Below, in pieces: positions 50,018-62,534 of a stretch of 64,000 bases of DNA. The notes beneath the pieces are model-generated. The model saw only the letters and a list, made by a program, of their open reading frames with translations. It was not told the origin of the DNA and ran no database searches. The translations under genes and the position numbers were made by a program. The stretch is from Selaginella moellendorffii (Eukaryota; Plantae; Lycopodiophyta): positions 62,001 through 126,000 of the forward strand of contig NW_003314348.1 in assembly GCF_000143415.4 (NCBI RefSeq), given 5' to 3'. Numbering within the stretch: the stretch's first letter is position 1; the number at the start of each line of letters is the position of its first letter.

Positions 50018-50704
50018 AGCAATCCAGCGCAGCGGTGCCGCACGATCTAGGGCTTGGGAGAGATCGGACGCCTCACACACGCCCATGTTTTCTCCTTTTT
50101 TTTGCCACAGCTCTGTACAAAAGTGTTGATGGTGGGAGGGTAGGAACTCAGCACAGTTTCTTGCTAGTTTTTTGAAAGCAAGAAAACTGCTATGCATATA
50201 TTTTTTAAGCATAGATTTAGGAAGGCATAGCCAGCTTGTTGCAAAATAAAACATTTCTGGAAATAAAGAAAAGCAAAAAAAATTAGTTAGGAAAACTTCT
50301 GCTCCTGTTCCTGTTTGCTGATGAAAGATCTACACTAGATTAGCCATGGATTAACAAAGATTATGGGAATGTTCCAATTACACTTAAGAATTGAGGATTT
50401 TTCTTTGGAGGGTGATGGGCTGCTCGATCTCACCGACCATATTCGCTTGTTTGTTCCACGCCGTACGCTGCGTACGGAGGTGACAACGACGACCGAGCAG
50501 GGTGTTTGGCTGTCTGATCGATTGATTCAAAGGCAGCAAAAGTTTAAGTTTACCGAGATCTTGTCATGTACCTTGAACGGGATATTTCAAACATTCTCAG
50601 ACGATTTCGTTTCGCTAAGCTAGCTTGAGGAACTTGTGTTTGGCCGCTTGCCATTGTCACCTTGCAATCGTATCGTGATCGACTGTAGCATATAGGCCGC
50701 GGTA

Positions 50705-52673
50705 GCCGAGGGGAGGTACAGAAACACGGGGGAATCCGATCGAATCCAACTGTGCTTGTCTCTCTTTTTCTTTTCCTCTTGAGAGGCCGCCAAAAGAGCA
50801 AGCAACGAGGAAAAGAGAAAAAAGAGATGATGCAGTGTTCGACCCCTGGCTCGATTCTTTGGTTTTGCTCGCTTGCTTGCTGATAGAAAAGAAGTGAACG
50901 TTGACATGTACAGAGGTCTGCTTGTCCTTGGGGAAGATAAAGAAGGAAGAAACTTTCTCCTTTTTCACTAATGGTCGAGGTGTGGTCCACACTGTCAGCC
51001 TGTGTTCCAATCTACTATAGAAATATCGACAAAGTAGAGTAGCAAGAGAGGGAGCCACACTCCTCTCGTGCAATGATTTTCGATCGCTAGCAGCTTTGTT
51101 CTCGAGCCAAAAGTCCGTCAATTCACTGAGAATTGTTAATGGCATCAGTGAAAAGCTATCTAGTTTCCAGTAGCTCGTCGCTCGCGCGAGAGTGCTATAA
51201 CCATAAAATTACAAAATCCACAAGCTACCACATCATGAAACGATGAAAGCGAACCCTTCACCGTTTGGCGATCGTTTCACCACCTGATACGTCTATGGTT
51301 CGATTAAGCACACAGGAACTGCGTCTCGTTTTGCTCAATGAATCTGCCATGGCTTCTTGAGTCAAGCAAACAAAACGAAACAGAAGAAGATTGCAATGGT
51401 CCACTTACAGCATTATCTCCATCACTTTGTCTTCGAGCTCGGACACCTCTTTCTCTTTGAGCTGATCATACACGAGAAGCTCCGGGAGTTTGGCTGTTAT
51501 CTAGGTGATTTGTTAAGAGGGCTTAAAGGTGGAAAGCTCATCACTTACGGAAGAGACGAAGCAAATGCTCGGCTCCATAGATCGTGGACGGTACAACGTC
51601 GCTGTTGAGCGAAAGCAAGGTTGCATATTGCTTCCGTTCTGCCGGGTACAAGAGCAAGTTCTTGAGAGTTCTGTCGAAGTAATACCGCAGGCCGTTTGAA
51701 ACCTCGACGTCAATCCTGGAAGGCAAAAGTTTGCACAATGAAACTTGACGGCATTATATATACACCTCTCAGCTTTTCCTCTCTTGAGCATCCTGTGGTC
51801 TTGATACAATTTCAGAATGTCCTCCACGCTGGGTTTCTTGGGAAGTCTTGTGAGTTGGAGGTTCTCGATGCGATCCTTGTGATCCTGCAGATGTCGCCGC
51901 AAAGTTCTCGGCAGAACAATCTAGCATCAGAAAAGAAAAGAGACAAAGCAATAGTAAAGTAGCATTGAAAGAAACTACGGTACCTGAATTGGAAGAAGCT
52001 TCGCGTCCTGTTTTCCTAAATCGCTAGGGCTCTCGATTATAAACTCCTGTTTAGGAGTTTTTATCATCTTTCCCCTCTCAGCAGTGGCTCCCACAGAAGG
52101 CCGACTCTTGCAACGCTTGGACTGCTCGACTTTGGAGACTTTGGACAGCGAGTCCGAAGGATTTGCCTCCTGCCGGTTCAATGCATCGCTGAAACCAAGC
52201 TCCTGCTTTACCTTTGGGGCGATCTTAAGCTGGCCCCTGGCCTTCTCGTCGAAAATGCGATTGCTGCGAACCCACTCGTCAAATCTGCAAAACCAAGAAT
52301 CGAGGCCAAGAAAATTGTTGCCTAGATTAATATCAAAGGGTTACACTACTTTTTGCTCCATCCCTGCAAAAATACAGGACAATAAAATCCACTGACACAT
52401 TTCTTGGTAGTCTCAAACAAACCGTGTAATGCACTAAATACCGCCAAGCATTCGCTCGAAACTTGATGTTGGTGACCTGCATTTGCCATGGGATCGCTAA
52501 GATCGCTAAAACCTAGCTTCGAAACCTTTGAAATCACCTTGGCATTGTAGTAGAGCCCCCCATAAGAAACAAGCACATCGTCGCCATGCTTGAGCGCCGG
52601 AGGGTCCATGGACTCGAAATGGCGGGTACACTGACGTGGCAATGATGGCGTACAGCTTCGTTTTGAAATTCAT
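50705..52673 (-). repeat. Copy 2 of the inverted segmental duplication (partner 7199-9147)
   Basis: Reverse-complement near identity with 7199-9147. Confidence 0.95.
51304..52609 (-). CDS. MRG15/Eaf3-family chromatin reader (chromo-barrel + MRG domain), multi-exon
   Basis: MDPPALKHGDDVLVSYGGLYYNAKV...YLVHYTGWSKKFDEWV (chromo barrel); LPKKPSVEDIL, GLRYYFDRTL..LLLYPAERKQY, PSTIYGAEHLLRLF, KLPELL (MRG domain). Confidence 0.88.
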
Positions 52674-52694
52674 CTCTATGTACGCACGTACGTA

Positions 52695-54290
52695 TTACGT
52701 CTCCATACACTCGAGGGAGTAGCCAGCTACGTGCGAGCAGACGGAGCCAGCCGGCGTGCCGGTGTTGGCCAGCGTCAGGTCCACGTCACGGAAGTGGATG
52801 TCCGTACATGTGGTCGCGCACTGTAGGCTGATTCCGTACGGCGAGACCGAGGTGCCCCGGATGTTTGAGAATGTGATGTTGCTGATCTCCAGAGAGGTTC
52901 CCTAGGTTTATCAGTTGAGTGGCAGTAAGTTTTCGGGTGAAACTTACCTGGTTCTGGCAATTGTGGCCAAGTTTTGATCAACTATGATTGGGTTCTTCAC
53001 GTTGTTCATCACAATATCGTCGAAAGCTTCCTCACATAACCAGAGCCACCCTGCTTGCTCACAGTTTAGCAACAAAAGCAAGGAATATCACAGTGCCGCA
53101 CCTGCCAGGTTTTGATCCGTACGCCATTCGTGGCTCCGTCGATTTTGATTCCTTGGACCAAACATTGGTCACCGTGTCGAAAGACCCGCCTTTCCAAGGC
53201 TGCCGATGCTGATTCCATGCCCAGGCCCGCATCTACTGTTGGTCACCTTGACGTTGTCGCTCCCACTCACAATCGACACACAGTCGTCACCTTTTCAAGT
53301 AGAGCTTTCAGTAGATCAATTGAAGGGTCTTACTCACCAGCCGAGACGTCTGCCTTGTCAATGACAATGTTGGTGGTTCCAGAGACGTGGATTCCATCGG
53401 TGTTGGGGCTGTCCCCGGGGGAATCAATCACGACATTCACAGCCTCAACAACATCCGACTTAGAGAATGTGAGGTGGATTTGAGGGGGTGTTCCGAACGG
53501 TGGTGCCATCGACCTTGATGTTCTTGCCACCGCTAAACCTGATACCCTGCGCCGCAAACACAGTGGAAACTTATCGATAATCAGAGCTTGGCTTACCGTT
53601 GGAGCATCACCGTCACTGCAACCCTGGGAAAGAAAAGATTCAGTCATCGTTGCATACAATGGAGAGAGTACCTGTGTTTTGTTGCGTTTGCAAGACTGCG
53701 CCCACCAATCAGCGCCATTCCCGTCGTACGTGCCGCCAATCAACGTGAAGTCCGTCACCCCCACGAATTCGAGTCAAACTTTTGCAGCTGACTCGGCTAG
53801 CCACGCACTTCTAGGGCTGGCATGGAGGGTGGCGTTTACCTGGCCAACCAAACTTTAGAATTCGCTTCAACCATTGACCAGCGTTTGTGACATTAGAGCA
53901 CTTCTCAAATACAATGGGCGTGAGGTAATATCTGCCTGTCATGTAAGGAATGGCGATGGTGGCCTCGTTGCCTTGAGTGCATGCAGTTATACATTAAGAA
54001 GAAAAGAGAAAAAATAAACAAAAATGATAAACAAAGCACACCAACCTGAGAATTATCATGGACTCCATTCCCCAAAGCTCCAAACTCAAGCACATTGAAG
54101 TTTGAAGATGATGGAGTGGGAGACTTCTTTGGGAATGGGGGAGAATCCTTTGGCAAATGAGGAGGGGGGAATTCTTTGGCAAATGTTTGGGACGAGGAGA
54201 TTGATTTGGTGACGGGGTAGCATCTATCCTTGAGAATGTATCTAAAACAACAGCAATCAACAAAAGTATTAGAGTTCTTTTACTTGCCAT
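52695..54290 (-). pseudogene. GH28 polygalacturonase, frameshifted
   Basis: Signal peptide, [47 protein letters not shown] frameshift in the homopolymer run near 54165 separates the signal peptide from the rest, and other lesions appear downstream. Confidence 0.8.
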
Positions 54291-55302
54291 TGCCCCCAAC
54301 AGAATAGACCAGAAGTTGCAAGTATATATCTTAATCTCCCTGTGTTTTAACTACTGTATTATGCGTAGTTTTACTTTTATGAATGATTTCTCCATCAATT
54401 TTTTTTTAAACGGAAAAAGAGGGAACACAGACCAAAAATTTGTCTAACCTCTTCTTTGAAAGTGCAAGCTAGTATGTAAAGTAAGGCTACCTGCATGGTC
54501 ATTGAACTCGAACCAAGTCGGCCGATCGGAAACGCCGGACGTTTGACATAACGTCGGATGGGAGCACTCGACCTCGCTCCACAAGAAGGCACACTTGAAG
54601 AACGGGAAAAAACGGGAGACGTGTCGGTGATCTAATCCCAGCCTGCGAAGTCTGTCGTTAGCAACATCTTGGACAAACCCCGCAACAGCAAGAACAACAC
54701 TGGAAAGTCGTCGCTAGCATATCACCTAAATGATTCAAGATCTGAAACATTGCACTCGCAGCAGATTAACCAACATAAAACATTCTGTTGGCCATAGATA
54801 CAACAAAATCTAAAATCTAAAAGATAATGTATGCTGTTTCTGTGTGGAGCATTCCATTTCTCCAGCATGTCTGCTACACTTTCATGGCCCGGCGCGAGGA
54901 TGCGACTCAGGAAACCCCTTCATCTCGTCCGTCCGGATTATGGAATTTTGCTGCCACTCCGGAGACCAAAACACTCCCGCAAAACTTTGCTAACAAAAAC
55001 GTGACACTCTCAAAAGCTTTCTTCGCAGCTTACAAAAATTCAATCCTCGTGATTTTCAAGGAAAAAACTTTTTTTTACCATATGCCCATCAAGAAATAAT
55101 ATCCCTCGGGGAAAGAAGTGCTCTGCCTCGTGAAAATGGCTGTGGTTGAAAATCGGAATCAAAACATGATCAAGATGCCCGTTAGTAATGGCTAAAGACA
55201 AGGATCCAAAACCCTAATAACTGGTCCACGAAAGCGAGGATGACCTCCAACATTCTTGTTTTAGGGTTCATGCGCTAGGGTTCTGGATCACGATGAGAGG
55301 CG

Positions 55303-57792
55303 ATGCGAGTTCTCCTCGCCTCCAGCAGCAGCCGCGGCTTGAAGCGGTGCCTCCACACCGCCAGCTTAGATCGTTCCGACATCGCCTCCGCCGTGCTGGA
55401 TCTCGAGAAACAGGCGGTGCGGGCAGAGAATGCGACCTACGCACGGCTCCTCCAGCGCTGCGCACGGGCCCAAGCGCTACCCGAGGGCAGAAAGATCCAT
55501 TCCCTGGCTGTCAAGCACAATCTCTTGCCCGGAAATCTCATCCTGGGCAACCACATTGTGAGTATGTATGCTCATTGCGACAGCCCCGGGGATGCCAAGG
55601 CCGCTTTCGACGCCTTGGAGCAGCGCAATCTCTACTCGTGGACAGGGCTGGTCGCGGCCTTCGCGATCTCCGGCCAGAGCAAGGAGACGCTGCGAGCTCT
55701 GGAGAGGATGCGGCAGGATGGTGTTCGTCCTGATGCTGTGACTTTCATCACTGCCTTGGGCTCTTGCGGCGATCCAGAGAGTCTGCGGGATGGGATCCGG
55801 ATCCACCAGATGGTGGTGGACAGCCGCCTGGAGATCGATCCCAAGGTGAGCAATGCGCTGCTCAACATGTATAAGAAGTGTGGAAGTCTCTCCCACGCCA
55901 AGAGGGTCTTTGCAAAGATGGAGAGAACGAGGAACGTGATAAGCTGGAGTATCATGGCCGGGGCTCACGCTCTCCACGGAAACGTCTGGGAGGCTCTTCG
56001 CCACTTTCGATTCATGCTGCTGCTGGGTATCAAGGCCACCAAGTCGGCCATGGTGACGATCCTCAGCGCTTGCTCCAGTCCGGCTCTCGTCCAAGATGGT
56101 CGGATGATCCACTCGTGCATCGCTCTCTCCGGTTTTGAGTCGGAGCTCCTCGTTGCCAACGCGGTGATGACCATGTATGGACGCTGTGGAGCTGTGGAGG
56201 AGGCGAGGAAGGTTTTTGACGCCATGGACGAAGCTCTCCGGGACGTGGTCTCGTGGAATATCATGCTCTCGACCTATGTACACAATGATCGAGGCAAGGA
56301 TGCAATTCAGCTGTACCAGAGGATGCAATTGAGACCTGACAAGGTGACCTACGTTTCGTTGCTCAGCGCGTGCTCTAGCGCTGAGGATGTTGGACTGGGA
56401 CGGGTTCTCCACAAGCAGATCGTCAACGATGAGCTCGAGAAGAATGTGATCGTCGGGAACGCGCTCGTTTCGATGTACGCGAAGTGTGGAAGTCACACGG
56501 AAGCTCGAGCTGTTTTTGACAAGATGGAGCAGCGGAGCATTATCTCTTGGACAACGATCATCTCGGCTTACGTGAGGCGGAGGCTGGTTGCGGAGGCTTG
56601 CCACCTTTTCCAGCAGATGCTGGAACTGGAAAAGAACGGGTCCTCTCAGCGAGTAAAGCCCGACGCTCTGGCATTTGTCACGATTCTTAACGCTTGCGCC
56701 GACGTCTCGGCACTGGAGCAAGGGAAGATGGTGTCCGAGCAAGCCGCTAGCTGTGGATTAAGCTCGGACAAGGCCGTCGGGACTGCAGTGGTGAATCTGT
56801 ATGGGAAGTGTGGAGAGATCGAGGAGGCTCGCAGGATTTTCGACGCGGTTTGTAGCAGGCCAGACGTCCAGCTCTGGAACGCGATGATCGCGGTGTACGC
56901 TCAGTTTGGACAGAGTCACGAGGCGCTTAAGCTGTTTTGGAGGATGGAGATGGAGGGCGTGAGACCGGATAGCTTCAGCTTCGTGAGCATTCTCCTGGCG
57001 TGCAGCCACACGGGGCTGGAAGATCAAGGAAAGAGCTACTTCACTTCCATGACGACCGAGTACAGGAACGTGACGCGAACGATCCAGCACTTTGGCTGCG
57101 TGGCTGATCTTCTCGGTCGCGGTGGCAGGCTGAAAGAGGCCGAGGAGTTTCTGGAAAAGCTTCCGGTGAAGCCCGATGCTGTGGCCTGGACGTCACTGCT
57201 GGCCGCTTGTCGGAACCACAGGGACTTGAAACGAGCGAAGGAGGTGGCCAACAAGCTGTTGAGGCTGGAACCGAGGTGTGCCACGGGATACGTAGCGCTG
57301 TCCAACATCTATGCCGAGCTCCAGAAGTGGCACGCCGTGGCTAAAGTCCGGAAGTTCATGGCCGAGCAAGGCGTGAAGAAAGAGCGTGGCGTGAGCACCA
57401 TCGAAATTGGCAAGTATATGCATGACTTTGCCACCGGCGACGACGCTCATCCTCGGAACCGTGAGATACGTGAGGAGCTTGCGAAGCTCCACTCGCAGAT
57501 GAAGGAATGTGGCTATGTCCCGGATACCAAGATGGTGCTCCACTTTGTGGACGAGCAGGAAAAGGAGAGGCTGCTCTTCTCGCACAGTGAGAGGCTGGCA
57601 ATAGCTCTGGGTCTCATCTCGACTCCTCTCGGAACTCCTCTGCGAGTGACGAAGAATCTCCGGGTGTGTAGTGACTGTCACACCGCAACCAAGCTGATCT
57701 CCAAGATCGCTGGAAGAAAGATTGTGGTCCGAGATCCAACTCGGTTCCATCTTTTCAAGGATGGCAAGTGTTCCTGCCAGGATTATTGGTGA
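55303..57792 (+). CDS. PLS-class PPR-DYW protein (organellar C-to-U RNA editing factor), 829 aa
   Basis: Intronless; long P-L-S array, E1/E2, GYVPDT, HSERLA, KNLRVCSDCH, CSCQDYW. Confidence 0.95.
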   Translation: MRVLLASSSSRGLKRCLHTASLDRSDIASAVLDLEKQAVRAENATYARLLQRCARAQALPEGRKIHSLAVKHNLLPGNLILGNHIVSMYAHCDSPGDAKAAFDALEQRNLYSWTGLVAAFAISGQSKETLRALERMRQDGVRPDAVTFITALGSCGDPESLRDGIRIHQMVVDSRLEIDPKVSNALLNMYKKCGSLSHAKRVFAKMERTRNVISWSIMAGAHALHGNVWEALRHFRFMLLLGIKATKSAMVTILSACSSPALVQDGRMIHSCIALSGFESELLVANAVMTMYGRCGAVEEARKVFDAMDEALRDVVSWNIMLSTYVHNDRGKDAIQLYQRMQLRPDKVTYVSLLSACSSAEDVGLGRVLHKQIVNDELEKNVIVGNALVSMYAKCGSHTEARAVFDKMEQRSIISWTTIISAYVRRRLVAEACHLFQQMLELEKNGSSQRVKPDALAFVTILNACADVSALEQGKMVSEQAASCGLSSDKAVGTAVVNLYGKCGEIEEARRIFDAVCSRPDVQLWNAMIAVYAQFGQSHEALKLFWRMEMEGVRPDSFSFVSILLACSHTGLEDQGKSYFTSMTTEYRNVTRTIQHFGCVADLLGRGGRLKEAEEFLEKLPVKPDAVAWTSLLAACRNHRDLKRAKEVANKLLRLEPRCATGYVALSNIYAELQKWHAVAKVRKFMAEQGVKKERGVSTIEIGKYMHDFATGDDAHPRNREIREELAKLHSQMKECGYVPDTKMVLHFVDEQEKERLLFSHSERLAIALGLISTPLGTPLRVTKNLRVCSDCHTATKLISKIAGRKIVVRDPTRFHLFKDGKCSCQDYW

Positions 57793-60450
57793 CAGGTTCG
57801 ACACATTCAATATATCTTATAATTTTTGTTTAATAACAGGGAGTTCATTGCAGGCTCGAAGCAATCACCCTCGTGATCCAGAGCTCCGGCTTCCCTCTTG
57901 CCACTTCGAGGCATCGTCGTAGCGCATGAGTTCCATCGTTTCTCGTGGAAACCAGATCTCCAGCCGGCAAAACCGTCCTGCTGTATAATCCTGTAAGCAA
58001 CACCTTATTGGAAAGTGGATCTTCTCCGTTCTCTCGGGAGTGATCGGTAAGAGGCCGGTGCCAGTCCATCCGACTCCATTAGTATTATTTCAAAAGCAAC
58101 AGCAAAAACCGCTATGCCATTTCGCAACTTGATCTGATCAAACGTTCATTCACCGGAAAGAAAGGCTCTCGCTCCGCGTTCTTCGTCTACTTTTTTTAAA
58201 ATTTCGAAAACCGTAACTAACCCGGTTAAACTCTGCCGCGTGGCGTTTTGGACGGTATAGATTAAGGGCCAAAGACTCAAATCGATAGTATGGGAGCGCG
58301 CAAGTTGGCAAGGCAAGTAACAAAAGAGAGCGCGAGGAGGAACACAAAGTTGGCCAACCCCTCAAGAGGGTAAAGAGTCAACCTGCAAAGATCAAGGCAA
58401 GTCTAGGAGGGAGCTATCAAAAAACCCTGAAAGGATCACTGCAAAGATCAAATCGTGAGGATCAAGCTCCACAAAGAAAATATGTATCTACTTTCAAGCA
58501 CCATAGTATTACTCTAAACAAGAGTCCCCCATTCCCTATCTCTATGGGTGTGCTGCTCGTTCCATGGCTCCACAACCCCAGGTGCTCCTCCATTCGCTCA
58601 TGAATTGTAATAAGTTACATAATTTGTTGTGTGATGTAGCATTGTTTAGATTTTATATTTCTACACAATAAAATCTTTTTATGTCTCTAATATACCTTTT
58701 ATTTTAATACAAGAAACAGCTTGAAAAGGATAAGCTTCTACCCATATTCTTCTCTTATAAAAATCTTAAGACTTCTTGTTTGTGTATACCACCTGTAGCA
58801 AAGATGAAGTTGGAGTCAGTGACATTGGTATTTAGTTCTGCTTCCTAAAATAACAAATTTGAAAATGTGAGGCTTTTGAAATGGATCTGAAGTTAATTTT
58901 CACTGATGAACACTGTATAAAAGATGCCAGTTAGCTTCTCACCAAATATTGGAGTTGCTCTAGTTGGATTTCTGATTTGTTCATCATCTTTGACAACAAT
59001 ATCCAATACACTTTATTCCCACACTTCTCAAAATACTGAATACAAAATGGTTGAGATTGTCCTGCTCTTAAAATTTGTAGTCAAGGTTTAACTTTACTTA
59101 TTACTAATACAGGTTTTCTTGGATTGAAAAATATACCGGAAGGATATTTAAGATATTGTTAAACTGTATTCTTATAAGATAATCATTCTATGTTGCTTAT
59201 ACAATCTTAAACCATTTACTTTTACTGTTTACTCTGGTTGATCATGATTTGCCATAAGAAAATATCAAATATATTATTATGGTGTTAGAGGGAAATAAAA
59301 CAATTTTATGGATATGTAAATCAAAGCTAGTCCATAACCTCCGAAACATCACTATAAGAAAGCAGCCAAGATGCATTAGCAACATCGTAATCTAGAGGCA
59401 ATAAATCTTTGTTCTTTCAGGGCTCACTTGTTTTTTACCCTAGTAGTTTTGGGATATGATCTAGTTGCAAAGAGGAAATTCCATCGACTTGCAAATAAGG
59501 TACGAGAGACATCTATACTTTGCCACTGCCACCAACTGAAAATGCATCTCCTTGTCACTACTTTGATGAGTGACTTTTGGTGCCTAGAATATAGTCATGC
59601 TCATCGTTAATGCAGCCCAAGACTAAATCTGAAGGGACCTTCCCCACTATGAAAAGTTGGTAAAAACATTCAAATGTTTATAAACACTGTAATTATTGAT
59701 TTAAACATTAGAAAATTGAATTTTGAAGAGGAACAACATGTAGATTCAGCAAGAAGAAGAAGAATGAATTGCAAAGATTATTCTGGCCACTTAGAGCTCA
59801 AGAGATGGAAAAGAACTCGATAGGGAATTCCTCATTGCAGCAGCATGTTTCCCATGCCTTGACACTCTTGGGACATTCTTGCCTAACTTTAGCCCCAAGT
59901 TTAGTAAGAGGAGCTAGATTTTTATGCAGCAAGAATTACCAAGGTCAGTGATAAAGTAGTGATCAATGGTCACATATTATGATATGAAAAGGTTGAAAGG
60001 TAAGAAAGTTTATCAAAGTACACTTGAAACTTATAAGAATACCATAGTGAAGATGGTCAAGTACACAAAGTTTCCAGATAGCAATGGAATGATGATAAAT
60101 GGTCAAGAGACTGAAAAGTGCAAAGTGAGAGGATAGGATTACTAGTTTACTAGAGATGATTTTTCATTTAATTTTCTTACACACCAAAGTGTTCTTTTTC
60201 CTCAAGATGTCCTTCAAAGATGAACTGTTATTAATATTATTGATTTGTTATAATTAATAAGTTTTTCTTTTTGGAATCAGCAAACCATGATTGCTGTTGC
60301 ACAGAAATATAATTAGTAGAATAAATTATTGAATTTTTTGTTGGTCATAAAACACCAAGAAGTCTTGGTGTATAACCAGTACCAATGAAAACAAAAGAAA
60401 AATGAAAAAAAGTCCAAAATGCAAGCATATTCTTCTTTTAAATCAAGCAT

Positions 60451-61090
60451 CTATGCCATGCAACGGCTGGAGCACCGGTGCACGATCCGGTGCATGTGCC
60501 GGTAATTGGGCGATAGCTGGAAGCTAAATCTCTGTAAGATCATGGCCACGGCGATCTTGGCTTCGGTGTGGGCGAAGGATTGGCCCGCTCTGGCCTTGGG
60601 AGAATGGGAGAAATGCGAAGAGGTGCTGTGTCTTGGAAGTGCGTCCGCAATGCGCTCGGGTCTAAACTCGTTGGCGTCGTTGCCCCAGAGATCCGTGTCG
60701 TGGAGGAGGCAGAGGATGGGGACGATCACTCCGCTCCGTTCCGGGAATGACAAATGCCCAAGCTTGGCATCTTTGAATTAGCTCCGGACGATGACAACGG
60801 CAGGAGAATACAATTGCAAGCTCTTGTTGAGCACCATCCCGACCTGGAATTTGCCATAGGTATAGAGTTTAGAGGAGAAGTCCAATGAAGAATGAAGAAC
60901 TTACGATTTTTAGCTTGCTTAAGCCCTTGGCATCTGGTGCTTTGGACTGGCAGACTTGGCGTACTTCATCTCGGGCTCGTTCCTGCCAGGATGGGTTTAT
61001 GGTGAGGGGCATCATTGTCCATGCCAGCCACTTAGCTGAGGTATTGTGTCCCGCAATGTAGAACGTCTTGCATTCCTCCATCATCAATGG
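60451..61090 (-). pseudogene. Cytochrome P450 3' fragment, paralog of the gene at 62535
   Basis: Collinear with 62565-63212 including the intron, but the heme Cys codon region is deleted, there is an in-frame stop near 60778, and everything 5' of MEECKTFY is missing. Confidence 0.9.
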
Positions 61091-61341
61091 GGCGGTGAGG
61101 TGTCACTTCCAAGGCAAAGAAGAAGTGTTTGAGTTTGTTTCTTCAGCTTATGGGAAGATTCTTTTTGTAAGAAAAGATTCAAATTGTTTAATGTATGGCA
61201 TTGAACCATCTTCAACAACCCTAAACAATTCAAATAAGGGGAGAAATGCACAATCTAATACCCCTTTTTCTTACATGTTACCCCTTGCCATGCTCACTCC
61301 TCCCTCCCTCCGTGGCATGCTTAGTCACACCTAGCTCTGCA

Positions 61342-62238
61342 CCTTAAATATTTAACAACTAATTCTAAATTAGTGATGTTAAAATTTAATTAGTAGATGT
61401 TGTTAACAGATATGCTAACGACTATATTTGTATAATTAGCCAGTGAATGAACGGTTATAATTTATACATATATAGCCTACTATTTGTGCTCCTTATATTT
61501 TATTTCTTATTTTATTCATTATCTTTAGTATTATGGCTAGATTGGAATATATAGATTATGCTAAGATAGTATTCTTTCTTTTTCTGATCTTATTGAGAGA
61601 ATTAATAGTAAAGTAAATTATTTTTACTTTTTGTATTTCTTCAAGAAGAGAGAGAATATAAAAGATATCATCAACCAATGACATCTTTTATTGGTCTTCT
61701 TCTTCATTTTAATGCACCAATAATATTCTAAGCATTTGAGCAAATGAGAGATTACTATTTGCAAACTAAGTATTAGTTCTAAGAGGTCTTGTGGTATTGC
61801 AATTTTTATGATTCTACTTTAAACCATCTTTACAACCTTGATTATCAAATGATATGTCATTGATCAATGACATCTTTCACATTCTCTCTCTTCTGGAAGA
61901 AGACCAATTAGAATATAAAAATTAAAAGAATTTATTTTACTATTAGTTCTCTCAATAAGATCAGAAAAAGAAAGAATACTATCTTGAGCATAATCTACAT
62001 ATTCCAATCTAGCCATAATACCAAAGAGAATGAATAAAATAAGAAATAAAATATAAGGAGCACAAACATAAAATACAATGAGGACAAACTTAAACCAAGC
62101 TAGGTTATATATGTATAAATTATAGCCGTTCATTCACTGGCTAATTATAAAATTATAGTCGTTAACATATCCATTAACAAAATCTGCTAATTAAAATTTA
62201 CAGTTACTAATTTAGAGTTAGTCGTTAAACATTTAAGG
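61342..62238. mobile_element. Foldback element with ~350-bp inverted arms, each containing the 5' end of the same ORF
   Basis: 61342-61685 is the reverse complement of about 61853-62238 apart from indels; weaker similarity extends to ~61240 and ~62292. The arms encode MARLEY...GLLPEERECERCH pointing inward. Confidence 0.8.
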
Positions 62239-62534
62239 ATGGCAAAAAGGTAGCCACTTAAAAGAGGGGGTGTGCAAATAAGACTCACAGCCTAATTCCT
62301 CACCCATCTATTTGTCTGTTAACACTTCCTGGCCTTCACCTGAAAGGGCGCCAGAGACAAAAAATGTATTTTTGATATATATAACACAACAGAAGAAATT
62401 AAGTTATAACCCTCTAGTAACTTAACTTACAGAATCTAAAAGGTAGCAACCAACATTTCCCTTCACAATATTGACTTACTATGTCCTTTGAAAAATACGG
62501 TTAAACTCTGACACATATTTTTTCTCGGTTTAGG

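Noticed and set aside
55477-56742. 421-aa antisense ORF, and similar antisense ORFs over the other PPR, transporter and DUF761-like genes
   Set aside because: Shadow ORFs of GC-rich coding sequence with no recognisable motifs.
58360-60420. AT-rich stretch possibly containing TE relics
   Set aside because: No terminal repeats, TSD or protein motif that I could support.
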